Below, in pieces: positions 15,608 to 28,870 of a stretch of DNA of 32,000 nt. How positions within the stretch are numbered: the stretch's first letter is position 1; each line of letters opens with the position of its first letter. Where the stretch lies: NCBI RefSeq assembly GCF_000020385.1, contig NC_010814.1, positions 510,001-542,000 on the forward strand, read 5' to 3'. Source of the stretch: Trichlorobacter lovleyi SZ. GTDB lineage: Bacteria; Desulfobacterota; Desulfuromonadia; Geobacterales; Pseudopelobacteraceae. The notes beneath the pieces are model-generated. The model was not told the DNA's origin. It was given only the letters and a program-made list of their open reading frames with translations, and made no database searches. The translations under genes and the position numbers were made by a program.

Positions 15608-15746
15608 AGTGGGGTGCTCCTTACGCATCTGTTGAGTTACGTGCAGGGGGGAGTCCTACCGAATCATTGCATCCCTGTCAACTGGTTTTAAGGGCATTGA
15701 TGCCGATGCCGCTTGATTCCGCCAGTCAGCTGCGGCATGATGCGCC

Positions 15747-16994
15747 ATGTCCAATTCTACCTCACATCAGAGTCGCTTCCTGCACTACGGCTGGGTCATT
15801 GTGGCGGTCGGCGTCCTGGTGCTGTTTTCCTGCCTGGGGCTGGCCCGTTATGCCTACACCATGCTGTTGCCTGCCATGCAGACCGGATTGCAGCTGAGCT
15901 ATGACCGGATGGGGCTGATCGGCACCGCCAACTTCAGCGGCTATCTGGTTGCCGTGGTGCTGTCTCCCTGGCTGCTCCGCCGTTTTCGCCCCCGGGCGGT
16001 GATCAGTGCCGGGCTGCTGTTGATCGCACTCTGCATGGCCGGTATCAGCCAGTCCCGCGGTTTTTTGACGGCTGCACTGCTCTACGCGTTTACCGGCCTG
16101 GGGGGTGGTCTTGCCAATATCCCCCTGATGGCGCTGGTCCCCTGCTGGTTCCGCAGCCGGGTCCGCGGCCGGGCCGCCGGTCTGATCATTGGCGGCAACG
16201 GTCTGGCCATTATCTGTGCCGGCTATCTGATTCCGTTGCTTAATCGTCAGTATGCTGCTGCCGGCTGGCGTCTGGCCTGGCTGCTGCTGGCAGCCATTAC
16301 TCTGCTGACCGCCCTGATTGCTGCCCTGTGGTTGCGTAATACGCCGGCGGAAAAGGGGCTGGAACCGCTGGGGCCGTTGCAGCCGGAACAGCACGGCAGC
16401 CTGCCCGTTCACCACGAGCAGCAGGGGGATGGCGTGTTGCTGCTCAGGCTGGGGCTTTTGTATCTGGCCTTTGGCGCAACCTTTATGGTCTTCGGCACCT
16501 TTATTGTCACCAGCATGGTGCGGGAGTCCGGTTTCAGTGAGGCGCAAGCCGGCCACTACTGGTCGTGGGTCGGCTTCTTCAGCGTCTTTTCCGGGGTCGG
16601 TTTTGGCAGCCTGTCTGACCGGATCGGCCGCAAGCAGGGACTGGCACTGGTCTTTCTGGTGCAGAGCACGGCCTACCTGTTGGCCGGACTCAAACTGGGG
16701 GCCATTGGCCTGATGCTTGCCATTGTCCTGTACGGTTCGGCCGTTTTTGCCATACCAGCCATCATGGCTGCTGCTGTAGGTGACTATCTGGGCACCGCCC
16801 GGGCTGCCGCTTCCTTTGCCACCATTACCATCTTCTTTGCCGTGGGGCAGACCATCGGTCCGGCCGTTGCCGGGTTGCTGGCGCGTAGCTACGGCAGCTT
16901 TGCTCCGGCCTATCTCTGCGCTGCCGCCATTACCTGTTCTGCGGCCCTGTTTTCCCTTGTGCTGCCTACGCCGCACAGGCGTGATCCCGCTTGA
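15747..16994 (+). CDS. MFS transporter
   Basis: 415 aa with about 12 predicted TM helices in two halves separated by a central loop (NTPAEKGLEPLGPLQPEQHGSLPVHHEQQ). Has an MFS-like motif after TM2 (LSPWLLRRFRPRAV). Confidence 0.8.
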   Translation: MSNSTSHQSRFLHYGWVIVAVGVLVLFSCLGLARYAYTMLLPAMQTGLQLSYDRMGLIGTANFSGYLVAVVLSPWLLRRFRPRAVISAGLLLIALCMAGISQSRGFLTAALLYAFTGLGGGLANIPLMALVPCWFRSRVRGRAAGLIIGGNGLAIICAGYLIPLLNRQYAAAGWRLAWLLLAAITLLTALIAALWLRNTPAEKGLEPLGPLQPEQHGSLPVHHEQQGDGVLLLRLGLLYLAFGATFMVFGTFIVTSMVRESGFSEAQAGHYWSWVGFFSVFSGVGFGSLSDRIGRKQGLALVFLVQSTAYLLAGLKLGAIGLMLAIVLYGSAVFAIPAIMAAAVGDYLGTARAAASFATITIFFAVGQTIGPAVAGLLARSYGSFAPAYLCAAAITCSAALFSLVLPTPHRRDPA

Positions 16995-17082
16995 CATTTC
17001 CTAGTTTAATGGCAGACTTTACTCTCCTTGAACCACTTTTTTGACAGGGGCGTTTGAGGTAGTCCCGGAGCGTGGAGCTGCC

Positions 17083-19764
17083 ATGAAAAAGTACCGTACC
17101 ATCTGGATGGCGTTACTGCAGTGGGGGCTGCTCTGGAGCCTGATTGTCGGTTGCTCGTTGCTCTGGAATGAACGCCTGATCCGGCAACAGGTCTATGAGT
17201 ACTCCCGCCATGAAGCAACCACCATTATCAATAAAGATCTTGCCTTCCGGCGTTGGGCCACCATGCATGGAGGCGTCTATGTGCATCCCACCGAACAGAC
17301 CCCGCCCAATCCCTGGTTAACCATACCCAAACGCGATGTTGTGACGACTGACGGCGACAAACTGACCCTGATGAATCCGGCCTACATGACCCGTCAGGTC
17401 ATGGGGCTGTTTGGCGAGCAGTTCGGCGTCAAGGGCCATATCACCAGCCTGATAGTCAAAAATCCTGCCAATGCGCCGGATGCCTGGGAAAGGGATGCCC
17501 TGTTGCGTTTTGAAAAAGGGGCGACTTCTGTCAGCGAGTTGACCATCATCAACGGTGCTCCCTACTATCGCCTGATTCTGCCGATGAAGATGGAGCAGGG
17601 CTGTCTGAAGTGCCACGCCGATACCAGGATCCCTGTGGGCGGTATCAGGGGAGGCATCAGTGCTGCCGTGCCGCTGGCGCCGCATCTGCAGGCCGGCGAG
17701 AGCGGGTTGAGGGGGGTTCGTCTGGCCCACGGCGGTATCTGGCTGGCGGGGATGATCGGCATCACGATTGCCAGCGCCATTTATCTGCGCCAACAACGTC
17801 TCAGTCAGCAGGCGGAAGACGACTTGCGGGCCCAGGAGGCCTTGTATGCATCATTGACCACCGCCTCTCCCACCGGTGTTTTCCAGGCCGATCTGCACGG
17901 GGCCTACTGTTACGTCAATGATCGCTGGTCAGCCATTGCCGGATTGCCGTTTGAGCAGGCCCTGGGAGAGGGGTGGTTGCAGGCACTGCATCCCGAAGAC
18001 CGGGTACGGGTCTCTGAGGAATGGCAGCACTCAGTTGCCGGAGATTGTCCCTTCAGTCTGGAATTCCGTTTTGTGCGGCCCGATGGTACGGTTGCCTGGG
18101 TCTATGGCCAGTCGGCCGAGATCTTTGACAGCAAGGGCGGGATTGTCGGCTATGTCGGTACCATTACCGATATCTCGATCCGCAAAAAGGCGGAGGCTAC
18201 CCTGGCGGAGCAGGCCCTCTTCCTGCGGGAGAGCCAGTCCATTGCCCACCTGGCGGGCTGGAAGTCGAACCCGGATTCGGACCTGCTTTCCTGGACCGAT
18301 GAGATGTACCATATGCTGGACCATCCGCAGGATGAGCCGATCAGCCATGTTGCCTGCTTCAGGTATTTTGATCCGCAGGATCTGCCGATGGTGGAAAAGG
18401 CGCTGCAGGAGGCGATGCGCAACGGTACCCCCTTCAAGTTGAGCTGCCGGATGGTCAGCGCCCGTGGCCGCCGTTTCTGGGCCGATTTCCGCTGCATCGG
18501 CAGGATGGATGGACCGGATGGTGGGTATATTGGCGGTACCCTGCAGGATATCAGCGAACACAAACAGATTGAAGAGCTGTTGATCAGCGCCAAGGAGATG
18601 GCCGAGGCCACCAGTCGCGCCAAGACAGAGCTGCTGGCTACCCTGAGCCATGAGCTGCGTACGCCGCTGAATGGTGTGATGGGAGGGGTGCAGTTGCTTG
18701 AGATGACGGATCTTTCGGCAGATCAGGAAGAATACCTGCAGATGGTCAGGACATCGGCAACCAATGAGCTGGCTCTGGTGAACGACCTGCTTGATCTGGC
18801 CGGGCTTGAGGCATCAGGCCTGAAGGTCGAGTCAACGCCGTTCAATCTGCTGGAGAGCATTAAACTGGCCATCACACTGCACCGCAGCGCACTGGAGACG
18901 CGGGGGTTGCCACTTGTGACCAGTCTGCCGGAGAGTCTGGCACAGCTGGTGATTGGCGACGGGCGCCGCCTGACCCAGATTGTCTCCAACCTGCTGGGCA
19001 ACGCGATCAAGTTTACCGAGCAGGGGGGGATCTCCCTTGCCGCGGATTGTACGCCGTGCGGCGGCAGTGAGCTGCGGCTGCAGGTGCGGGTCAGCGATAC
19101 CGGCATCGGTATTGCTGAAAAAGATCTGCAACGGATCTTTGAGCCCTTTGTGCAGGCCGATATGTCCAGCACCCGCAGGTTTGGCGGCACCGGCCTCGGC
19201 CTGGCGATCTGCCACCGGCTGGCAGAGCGGATGGGGGGCAGCATCCGTGTTGACAGTATCCCCGGTGAGGGGAGCAGTTTTACCCTTGAGCTGCCGTTTC
19301 TGGCCGCCGCCGCTGATCTGGCCGAGACGGACGGGCATGACGCAGCCCTGCAGCCGCTCTGGCATGGCTCACGCCTGACGGTAGTGATTGCTGAAGACAA
19401 TCCGGTCAACCTGAAGGCAGCCGCAGGGCTGGCGGGCAAACTGGGGCTCAGGGTACTCTGCGCTGAAGACGGCAAGCAGGCTCTGGCGCACTGGATGTCA
19501 GGCGGAGTTGATGTTATCCTGATGGATATCCAGATGCCGGTCATGGACGGCAGTGAGGCCACCCGTTTTATCCGTCAACGTGAGCAGGGCAGCGGTGCGC
19601 ACACGCCGATCATCGCCCTGACCGCCCATGCTATGGCCGGCGACCGTGAACGACTGCTGGCCGAGGGATTTGACGGCTACGTGGCCAAGCCGTTTCTGAT
19701 CAACGAGCTGGCAGCGGAACTGGAACGCGTAACTACGGCTGTGGCCGCTGTCTCTTCTGTTTGA
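17083..19764 (+). CDS. Hybrid sensor histidine kinase 1: periplasmic c-heme (CxxCH, DUF3365/Tll0287-like) domain, 2x PAS, HisKA, HATPase_c, REC
   Basis: The ATG at 17083 (MKKYRTIW...) has GGAG upstream. Order: TM1; a periplasmic domain with ...FRRWATMHGGVYV...LMNPAYMTRQV...PANAPDAWE... and CLKCH (17602-17616); TM2; two PAS domains; H-box LATLSHELRTPLNG; N/G boxes NLLGNAIKFTEQGG, DTGIGI, GGTGLGLAI; and a receiver DVILMDIQMPVMDG...ALTAHAM...GFDGYVAKP. Confidence 0.88.
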   Translation: MKKYRTIWMALLQWGLLWSLIVGCSLLWNERLIRQQVYEYSRHEATTIINKDLAFRRWATMHGGVYVHPTEQTPPNPWLTIPKRDVVTTDGDKLTLMNPAYMTRQVMGLFGEQFGVKGHITSLIVKNPANAPDAWERDALLRFEKGATSVSELTIINGAPYYRLILPMKMEQGCLKCHADTRIPVGGIRGGISAAVPLAPHLQAGESGLRGVRLAHGGIWLAGMIGITIASAIYLRQQRLSQQAEDDLRAQEALYASLTTASPTGVFQADLHGAYCYVNDRWSAIAGLPFEQALGEGWLQALHPEDRVRVSEEWQHSVAGDCPFSLEFRFVRPDGTVAWVYGQSAEIFDSKGGIVGYVGTITDISIRKKAEATLAEQALFLRESQSIAHLAGWKSNPDSDLLSWTDEMYHMLDHPQDEPISHVACFRYFDPQDLPMVEKALQEAMRNGTPFKLSCRMVSARGRRFWADFRCIGRMDGPDGGYIGGTLQDISEHKQIEELLISAKEMAEATSRAKTELLATLSHELRTPLNGVMGGVQLLEMTDLSADQEEYLQMVRTSATNELALVNDLLDLAGLEASGLKVESTPFNLLESIKLAITLHRSALETRGLPLVTSLPESLAQLVIGDGRRLTQIVSNLLGNAIKFTEQGGISLAADCTPCGGSELRLQVRVSDTGIGIAEKDLQRIFEPFVQADMSSTRRFGGTGLGLAICHRLAERMGGSIRVDSIPGEGSSFTLELPFLAAAADLAETDGHDAALQPLWHGSRLTVVIAEDNPVNLKAAAGLAGKLGLRVLCAEDGKQALAHWMSGGVDVILMDIQMPVMDGSEATRFIRQREQGSGAHTPIIALTAHAMAGDRERLLAEGFDGYVAKPFLINELAAELERVTTAVAAVSSV

Positions 19765-19771
19765 GGTTTTG

Positions 19772-21882
19772 ATGATCTATCTTGCCCTGATACAAAATAT
19801 CGCCCTGCTGGTGGCGTTGACCTTTGCCCATGGTCTGCTGATCCGGCATATCCGGCAACGGGGGCATGCGTATGCATTGTTGTCCGGCCTGCTGTTCGGC
19901 AGTGTGGCCCTGGTGGGAATGATGACCCCGATGATCCTGCAACCGGGCCTGATCTTTGATGGACGCAGTATCGTCATCGCCGTGGCGGGTCTGTTTGGCG
20001 GCCCGGTTACCGCAGCGGTTGCCGCTGCCATGGCTGCCGGCTACCGTTACTGGCTGGGCGGGGTTGGCGCACCGATGGGGGTGGCGGTCATTATCGGCTC
20101 TGGTGCCATTGGTGTGGCCGGCTACTATCTGCGGCGTAGTTGGCCCCGTGTCGTCAGTCCGGTCGGTTTCTACCTGTTCGGTCTGCTGGTGCATCTCTGG
20201 ATGATTGGCTGCATGTCCTTTTTGCCCGCAGCAGTTGCGCAGGTGGTGCTGGCCAACATTACACTGCCGGTGCTGCTGGTCTACCCCGTTGCTACCCTGC
20301 TGGTCTGCCAGCTCTTTCTGCAGATGGAACACCATATTAGCGTTGAACAGGAGTTGGAACAGGAACGCAACAAACTTGACAGCCTGATCCAGGCCGTGCC
20401 GGATCTGCTGTTTGAGGTCGGCCTGGATGGCCGCTACTATGCCTGCTATGCCCGCCATTCTGAACAGCTGGCGGCGCCTGCAGAGCAACTGGTCGGCAGA
20501 ACCGTGCGTGAGATGTTGCCGCCTCGGGCGGCCGAGGTCTGTCTTGAGGCGTTGCAGGAGGCAGAGGCAACCGGCCATTCCCATGGTCGGCAGTTTTTTC
20601 TGCCGTTGCCAAGCGGAGAAATCTGGTTTGAGCTGTCGGTTGCCCGCAAAACCGGGCCGGTGGAGGATCAGCCCCGCTTTGTGGTGTTGTCGCGGGATAT
20701 CAGCGACCGCAAACAGCACGAAAAGGAGCTGCTTGAAGCCCGTTATGCCGCCGAGGCCGCCAGCCGGGCCAAGTCTGAATTCCTGGCCAACATGAGCCAT
20801 GAGATCCGTACCCCGATGAACGGCGTGATCGGTATGGCCCACCTGCTGGGGACCACTGAGCTGAGCCCGGAGCAGGAGCAGTATCTTGAGAATATTGAAA
20901 ATTCCGCAAACAGCCTGATTACCTTGATCGGCGATATTCTGGATCTGTCCAGGATCGAGGCCGGCAGGATGCTGCTGGAAAATGTCGATTTTTCGTTGCG
21001 CAGATGCATTCAGGAGCTGCTGGGCAGCCAGCAGTTTCAGATCAACCAGAAGAAGATCAGCATTCACACCGAGATAGCGGAGGATGTGCCGGATCTGCTG
21101 CGGGGCGACCAGTTGCGGACACGGCAGATCCTGCTGAATCTGCTGGGTAACGCGATCAAGTTTACCGAGCATGGAGGGGTCACCATTACCGCACAGCTGG
21201 TGACGTCTGAGGAGAACCGGGTCCTGATTCATCTTGCTGTCTCGGATACCGGTATCGGCATGCCGCCGGATCTGCTGGAACGGATCTTTGCCCCCTTTGA
21301 GCAGGCCGATAACTCCACCACCCGGCGCTATGGTGGCAGCGGGCTGGGGCTGGCCATCTGCCGCCGTCTGGCAGAGTTGATGGGAGGACGGATCTGGGCT
21401 GAAAGCGGAGCAGAGGGCGGCAGCACCTTCCATGTTGAATTGCCGTTTCTGCTGCCGGAGCAGACTGACCGGCAACAGGAGCGCAACTGCGAACAAGCCG
21501 ATGACGTGTATCAAGACCGGCCGCTGGAGCTTCTGCTGGCTGAGGATAATCTTGTCAGCGCCCAGTTTGTCCACAAGGTCCTGAGCCGGATGGGGCATCA
21601 AGTAACGGTTGTGGGAGATGGCAGGCAGGCGCTGGACTGCCTGGCTGACCGGTCGTTTGACTGCATCCTGATGGATATTCAAATGCCGGTCATGGGGGGG
21701 GATGCTGCTGTCCGGATCATCAGGGAACAGGAAAACCAGCGTGGTGGCCATATCCCGATTATCGCCCTGACGGCCCATGACATGGATGAGGAACGGGAAC
21801 GGCTGCTGCGGCAGGGCTTTGATGCCCATGTGGCCAAACCGGTGGATATTGCGCTTCTGAACGCAGCATTGCGCAGGTTGCT

Positions 21883-21886
<4 letters not shown>
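19772..21886 (+). CDS. Hybrid sensor histidine kinase 2: 5TM LytS/YhcK-type membrane sensor, PAS, HisKA, HATPase_c, REC
   Basis: The N-terminal roughly 190 aa form five or six TM helices (MIYLALIQNIALLVALTFAHG...GLIFDGRSIVIAVAGLFGGPVTA), resembling the 5TMR-LYT domain. A PAS domain follows. H-box LANMSHEIRTPMNG, then LLGNAIKFTEHGG and GGSGLGLAI. REC is DCILMDIQMPVMGG. Confidence 0.85.
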
Positions 21887-24701
<2,815 letters not shown>

Positions 24702-24705
<4 letters not shown>

Positions 24706-25808
24706 ACTACAGTGTGCTGGTTGCTCTGCTGTTCTGCTGGCTGCTTGCCGGCTGCACGCCGAAAAGCGAACCGATTCTGATCGGTCTGGCGGTCAACCTG
24801 ACCGGCACGGGAGGCACAGCCGGCGAGTATATCCGTGAAGGGGCCATGCTGGCGGTGGAGGAGGTCAACCGCCGTGGAGGGGTCAACGGGCGGCCGCTGA
24901 AACTGCTGGTGCGGGATGACAAAAACAGCGCAGAGGGTATCCGGCAGGCCGATCAGGAGCTGATGCAGGAGGGGGTGGTTGCGATTATCGGCCACAGTTA
25001 TTCCGACAGCACCCTGCAGGCCTATCCGCAGGTGATGGCAAACGGCAAGACCCTGCTGATCACCGGCTATACCGCCACGGATAAATTGACCGGCAGGGAT
25101 GACCTCTTTTTTCGCACCTCGGTTTCCAGTTCTTCCTACAGCGCTGCCACGGTCAGGTTGCTGAACCGGCGGGGAATCCGTTCAATCACCCTGCTTCAGG
25201 ATCGGGTCAACTTCAGCTTTTCAGAGGAGATCACCGCCGGGGTCAGACAACGGTTTGATGGTGCTGTTTCAGTGGTGACCACCGACTCACGGGGTGAGGT
25301 CAACTGGGATAGCGTGGTCAGACAGATACAGCGGCAGAAACCGGGAGCCGTGTTTTTGCTGACCGAAGTGGCGACCAGCGGTATTGCAGCCCAGAAGCTG
25401 CGATCAGCGGGGTATCAGGGGGATCTGCTGGCCACGCTCTGGGCCCAGACTCCTGACCTGATCAGGTTTGGCGGCGCTGCTGTGGAAGGGCTTACCATCC
25501 TGACCTTTATTGAGCCGGACAACCCGCGCCCTGCCTATCGTGCCTTTGCTGCAACCATTGAGAAACGGTTTAACAAGGCCGCCACAGCCCGTACTGACCG
25601 GGCCTATGAACTGATCACCATCCTGGCAGAGGCCCTTGGAAGGGCACCTGCCCATACGGCAGCGGAGTTGAAGGCGGCACTGTTGCGTGAGCCGTTTGAG
25701 ACCCTGATGGGTACCGTCAGGTTTGACCGTTTCGGAGATGTGGAACGGCCGGTTTTTGAGGTCCGGGTGGCAGACGGACGGTTTGCCAACGGCGGGGAGA
25801 TCAAATGA
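24702..25808 (+). CDS. Periplasmic binding lipoprotein, LivJ/LivK-like (Peripla_BP_6 type)
   Basis: Lipobox LLAGC, then [79 protein letters not shown], typical of branched-chain amino acid/amide-type binding proteins. There are no cognate permease or ATPase genes nearby. ATGA overlaps at both ends. Confidence 0.85.
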
Positions 25809-28036
25809 AACGCCTGATTTCCCTTAACAGTAAGCTCAGCCGCAGCCTGATCATCTTCGGGCTCTTTGCCTTTCTGCTGGCAAGCGTCATCCGCCTGACC
25901 CTGCGGCTGGCAGAAGAAAAAAAGTATTACGCCACCACCATGATGAACACCCTCAAGACCTGCAAAGGGGTGCTTGAGGACTATCTGCATACCTATGACC
26001 GGGATGTGGAGGAGGTGAAGAGGCGGCATCTGCATGCCGGAAGTACGGATGCAGAGGTGGTGCAGTATCTGAAGACGCACCTTTCGCTGCGCAGCCGGGA
26101 CCTCTGGTATCTGCTGGATCAGCACAACCGGGTGCTCTATGCCCCGTCTCGGTATCGCTCCTTCACCGGACTTGACTTCAGCCATCTGGCACATGTCAAG
26201 AACAGGCATTCGGTTTCGGAGGTGCATCAGTCGCTCTTCAGCCAGCGCTCGGTGGTATCCCGCAGCTACCCTCTCTGTCCGACTCATACGCTGATCATTG
26301 AACAGGATCTGGAGAGCATTATTCCGTTATTCAGCCATGTCTCCACCATGAATGTCTATGGCCAGGGTATCCTGTTTGCCCTGACGGCTGACGGCACGGT
26401 GGTCTATCACCCGGATAGCCGTCTTATCACCAGCAGGCACAACCTGGGTTTTGAGTTGCAGGGCTGGACGCAGCCCGATAAATGGGGGCTCCGTAAGTGT
26501 CGCTACAACGGTCAGACCTGGCTGGTCTATACGGAGAAGACCAGCTATCCCCAGGGCTGGGCGATCTACTATGCCGTGCCGTACGCGTCACTGCTCAAGG
26601 CGATGGTGAAGCAGACCGGCATTCAGCTGGTGATTGTGGCGGCACTGTTTGCCCTGCTTGTGTACCTGCTGAAGAGGCTGATCGAGACCAATCTGGCCGG
26701 CCCGGTGCGGAACATCGCCGCCTCCATTGCCGGTATAAGACCGCTGGAAGCGGAGTCGGATATACCGCTGGAGCAGGCCGGCAACATTACAGAGCTGCAT
26801 GGGATCATCAGTGAGGTCAATCACCTGATGAGTCAGGTCCGTCAATCACATCATCAGTTGACGGCTGCGCGGGATGCTGCCGAATCTGCCAACCGCACCA
26901 AGAGCGAGTTTCTAGCCAACATGAGCCATGAACTGCGTACTCCGATGAACGGTGTGATCGGCACGGCTCAGCTGCTGCGGATGACAGAGCTGAACGCTGA
27001 ACAGGCCGAGTATCTGGCCAGCATTGAACATTCGGCCGACAGCCTGATGGCGTTGTTGAATGATATTCTGGATCTCTCCCGGATCGAGGCAGGACGGCTT
27101 GAGCTGGAAAACCGTCCGTTTGGTCTGCAGGAGGTGATCGGCAATGTGGTGGACTCACTTTCCGCCCAGGCCCGTTTGAAGTGGTTGCAGCTGAGCGTCG
27201 AGTTTGACCGGAATCTGCCGCAACTGGTGCTGGGGGATTCGCTGCGTTTCAGGCAGATACTGTTGAATCTGACCGGCAACGCGATCAAGTTTACCGACCA
27301 GGGGGCGGTACTGGTCACGGCTGCCCTGAGCAGTGCTGATGAAGACAGCGTCACCCTGCATCTGTGCGTGCAGGACACCGGCATCGGTATTACAGCAGAG
27401 GCGATGCAGCGGATCTTTGCCCCCTTTACCCAGGCCGACAGCTCCAATACCCGCAAGTACGGCGGCAGCGGTCTGGGGCTCACCATCAGCCGTCATCTGA
27501 CCGGATTGATGGGGGGGCGGCTCTGGGCTGAAAGTGAGCCGGGTATCGGTACCACCTTCCACCTTGAGCTGCCGTTCCTGATCTGTGCGGCAGTTCCGGC
27601 TGTCCCGGTTGCGGAGGCGGTTCCGGCACCTGTTGCCGCCCTGTGGGACGGTCCTGCGCTCTCGATCCTGCTGGCAGAGGATCAACAGGTCAATATTGTC
27701 TTTGTGCGGCGGATCCTGGACAAGCTCGGCCATCGTCTGACCGTGGCTGAAAATGGCGAACAGGCGCTCAACTGCTGGCAGTCTGAGCGGTTTGATCTGA
27801 TCCTGATGGATGTGCAGATGCCGGTGATGGATGGCCGCTCGGCCACGGGCCGCATCAGGGAGCAGGAACAGGCCGGCGGCGCACGTATCCCGATTATTGC
27901 CCTGACCGCCCATGCCATGGAAGGGGATCGGGAACGGCTGCTGTCAGAAGGATTTGACGGCTATGTGGCCAAGCCGGTCGATATCAAGCTGCTCTGCGCC
28001 GAGATGGCGCGAGTCATCGCAAAGGAGAGGGGATGA
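25805..28036 (+). CDS. Hybrid sensor histidine kinase 4: TM, Cache-like periplasmic domain, TM, HAMP, HisKA, HATPase_c, REC
   Basis: TM1 is [16 protein letters not shown] roughly 230-aa extracytoplasmic region contains [17 protein letters not shown] (Cache-like). TM2 is [17 protein letters not shown], followed by a HAMP-like linker. H-box [14 protein letters not shown], then [12 protein letters not shown] and [12 protein letters not shown] is [14 protein letters not shown]. Confidence 0.85.
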   Translation: MKRLISLNSKLSRSLIIFGLFAFLLASVIRLTLRLAEEKKYYATTMMNTLKTCKGVLEDYLHTYDRDVEEVKRRHLHAGSTDAEVVQYLKTHLSLRSRDLWYLLDQHNRVLYAPSRYRSFTGLDFSHLAHVKNRHSVSEVHQSLFSQRSVVSRSYPLCPTHTLIIEQDLESIIPLFSHVSTMNVYGQGILFALTADGTVVYHPDSRLITSRHNLGFELQGWTQPDKWGLRKCRYNGQTWLVYTEKTSYPQGWAIYYAVPYASLLKAMVKQTGIQLVIVAALFALLVYLLKRLIETNLAGPVRNIAASIAGIRPLEAESDIPLEQAGNITELHGIISEVNHLMSQVRQSHHQLTAARDAAESANRTKSEFLANMSHELRTPMNGVIGTAQLLRMTELNAEQAEYLASIEHSADSLMALLNDILDLSRIEAGRLELENRPFGLQEVIGNVVDSLSAQARLKWLQLSVEFDRNLPQLVLGDSLRFRQILLNLTGNAIKFTDQGAVLVTAALSSADEDSVTLHLCVQDTGIGITAEAMQRIFAPFTQADSSNTRKYGGSGLGLTISRHLTGLMGGRLWAESEPGIGTTFHLELPFLICAAVPAVPVAEAVPAPVAALWDGPALSILLAEDQQVNIVFVRRILDKLGHRLTVAENGEQALNCWQSERFDLILMDVQMPVMDGRSATGRIREQEQAGGARIPIIALTAHAMEGDRERLLSEGFDGYVAKPVDIKLLCAEMARVIAKERG

Positions 28037-28794
28037 CCAACAGCACTTTCACCGACCATTTTGCACAGGTGGCTGCCCATTATGCCAGCCACCGTCCCAC
28101 CTATCCGCCCGCGCTGTTCAGCTGGCTGGCTGAACAGGCCCCGGCCCGCAGACTGGCCTGGGATTGTGCCACCGGTACCGGTCAGGCAGCGCTGGGGCTG
28201 GCTGAGTATTTCGAGCAGGTCTGGGCCACCGATGCCAGCCGCTCCCAGATTGAGGCTGCCGCACCCTGCCCCGGAGTTCAGTATCATACCGCGCCGTCTG
28301 ACTGTTCCGGCCTGCCTGACCACGCTGCCGATCTGGTGACCGTGGCACAGGCCCTGCACTGGTTTGATCTTGATCGATTCTATGCCGAGGTGCGCCGGGT
28401 GATGCAGCCCGGCGGTCTGCTGGCGGTCTGGACCTACGGCGTCTTTCGGGTTGAGGAGGGAGGCACTGCTGCCGGGATACAGACTCTGCTGGACCGGTTT
28501 TATTACGAAACCGTCGGCGATTGCTGGCCGCCGGAGCGGCGCCATGTCGAGAACGGGTATGCCGATCTGGTTTTTCCCTTCCGTGAGCTCGCACCCCCGC
28601 CCTGCGCCATGGCCGTTGACTGGAATCTTGAAGACCTGGCGGGCTACCTGCGCAGCTGGTCTGCCGTCAGCCGCTACCGTGAACGCTATGGCAGCGATCC
28701 GGTGCCGCTGCTTACTGCGCAGCTTGCCCCGCTCTGGGGCGAAGACCGGCGCCGGGTGGTCTGGCCGCTGTCAATCAAGGCAGGCCGCCTGTAG
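28033..28794 (+). CDS. Class I SAM-dependent methyltransferase (Methyltransf_11-like)
   Basis: 253 aa. SAM motif I is [19 protein letters not shown]. Post-I acidic residue is WATDAS. Motif II/III is [37 protein letters not shown]. The start overlaps the HK4 stop (ATGA). Confidence 0.85.
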   Translation: MTNSTFTDHFAQVAAHYASHRPTYPPALFSWLAEQAPARRLAWDCATGTGQAALGLAEYFEQVWATDASRSQIEAAAPCPGVQYHTAPSDCSGLPDHAADLVTVAQALHWFDLDRFYAEVRRVMQPGGLLAVWTYGVFRVEEGGTAAGIQTLLDRFYYETVGDCWPPERRHVENGYADLVFPFRELAPPPCAMAVDWNLEDLAGYLRSWSAVSRYRERYGSDPVPLLTAQLAPLWGEDRRRVVWPLSIKAGRL

Positions 28795-28870
28795 CCCCAG
28801 GGCAGTTGCGTATCAAACGCCTGGTGATACACTGTCATATGCTGACCATTCTCGATCAAGGACCTGTTCC

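Noticed and set aside
15629-15746. Strand-switch point (all genes left on minus, all genes right on plus) considered as a replication origin
   Set aside because: The region is only 118 bp, not AT-rich, and contains no DnaA-box (TTATCCACA) clusters. The single near-match TGGATAA at about 15065 is inside the carbonic anhydrase gene. It is simply a divergent promoter region.
15762-16997. 411-aa minus-strand ORF antisense to the MFS transporter
   Set aside because: Same reasoning. The composition is Gly/Gln/Pro/Arg-rich with no motifs, whereas the plus-strand frame gives a coherent 12-TM transporter.
16995-17082. TTGACA hexamer upstream of HK1 as a promoter
   Set aside because: There is no acceptable -10 hexamer at 16-18 nt spacing. 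HK1 may be co-transcribed with the MFS gene, so I cannot support a promoter call.
19733-21829. 698-aa minus-strand ORF antisense to HK2
   Set aside because: It lies entirely inside and opposite a gene with unmistakable kinase motifs. Its translation is low-complexity (Q/R/G/P/H-rich) with no recognisable domain. Long antisense ORFs are expected in high-GC DNA.
28451-28870. N-terminal extension of the HK5 ORF (track start 28451)
   Set aside because: The extension overlaps the methyltransferase gene in another frame and encodes Arg/Ala/Pro-rich sequence. The ATG at 28871 has an SD and starts with a typical positively charged residue plus a TM helix.
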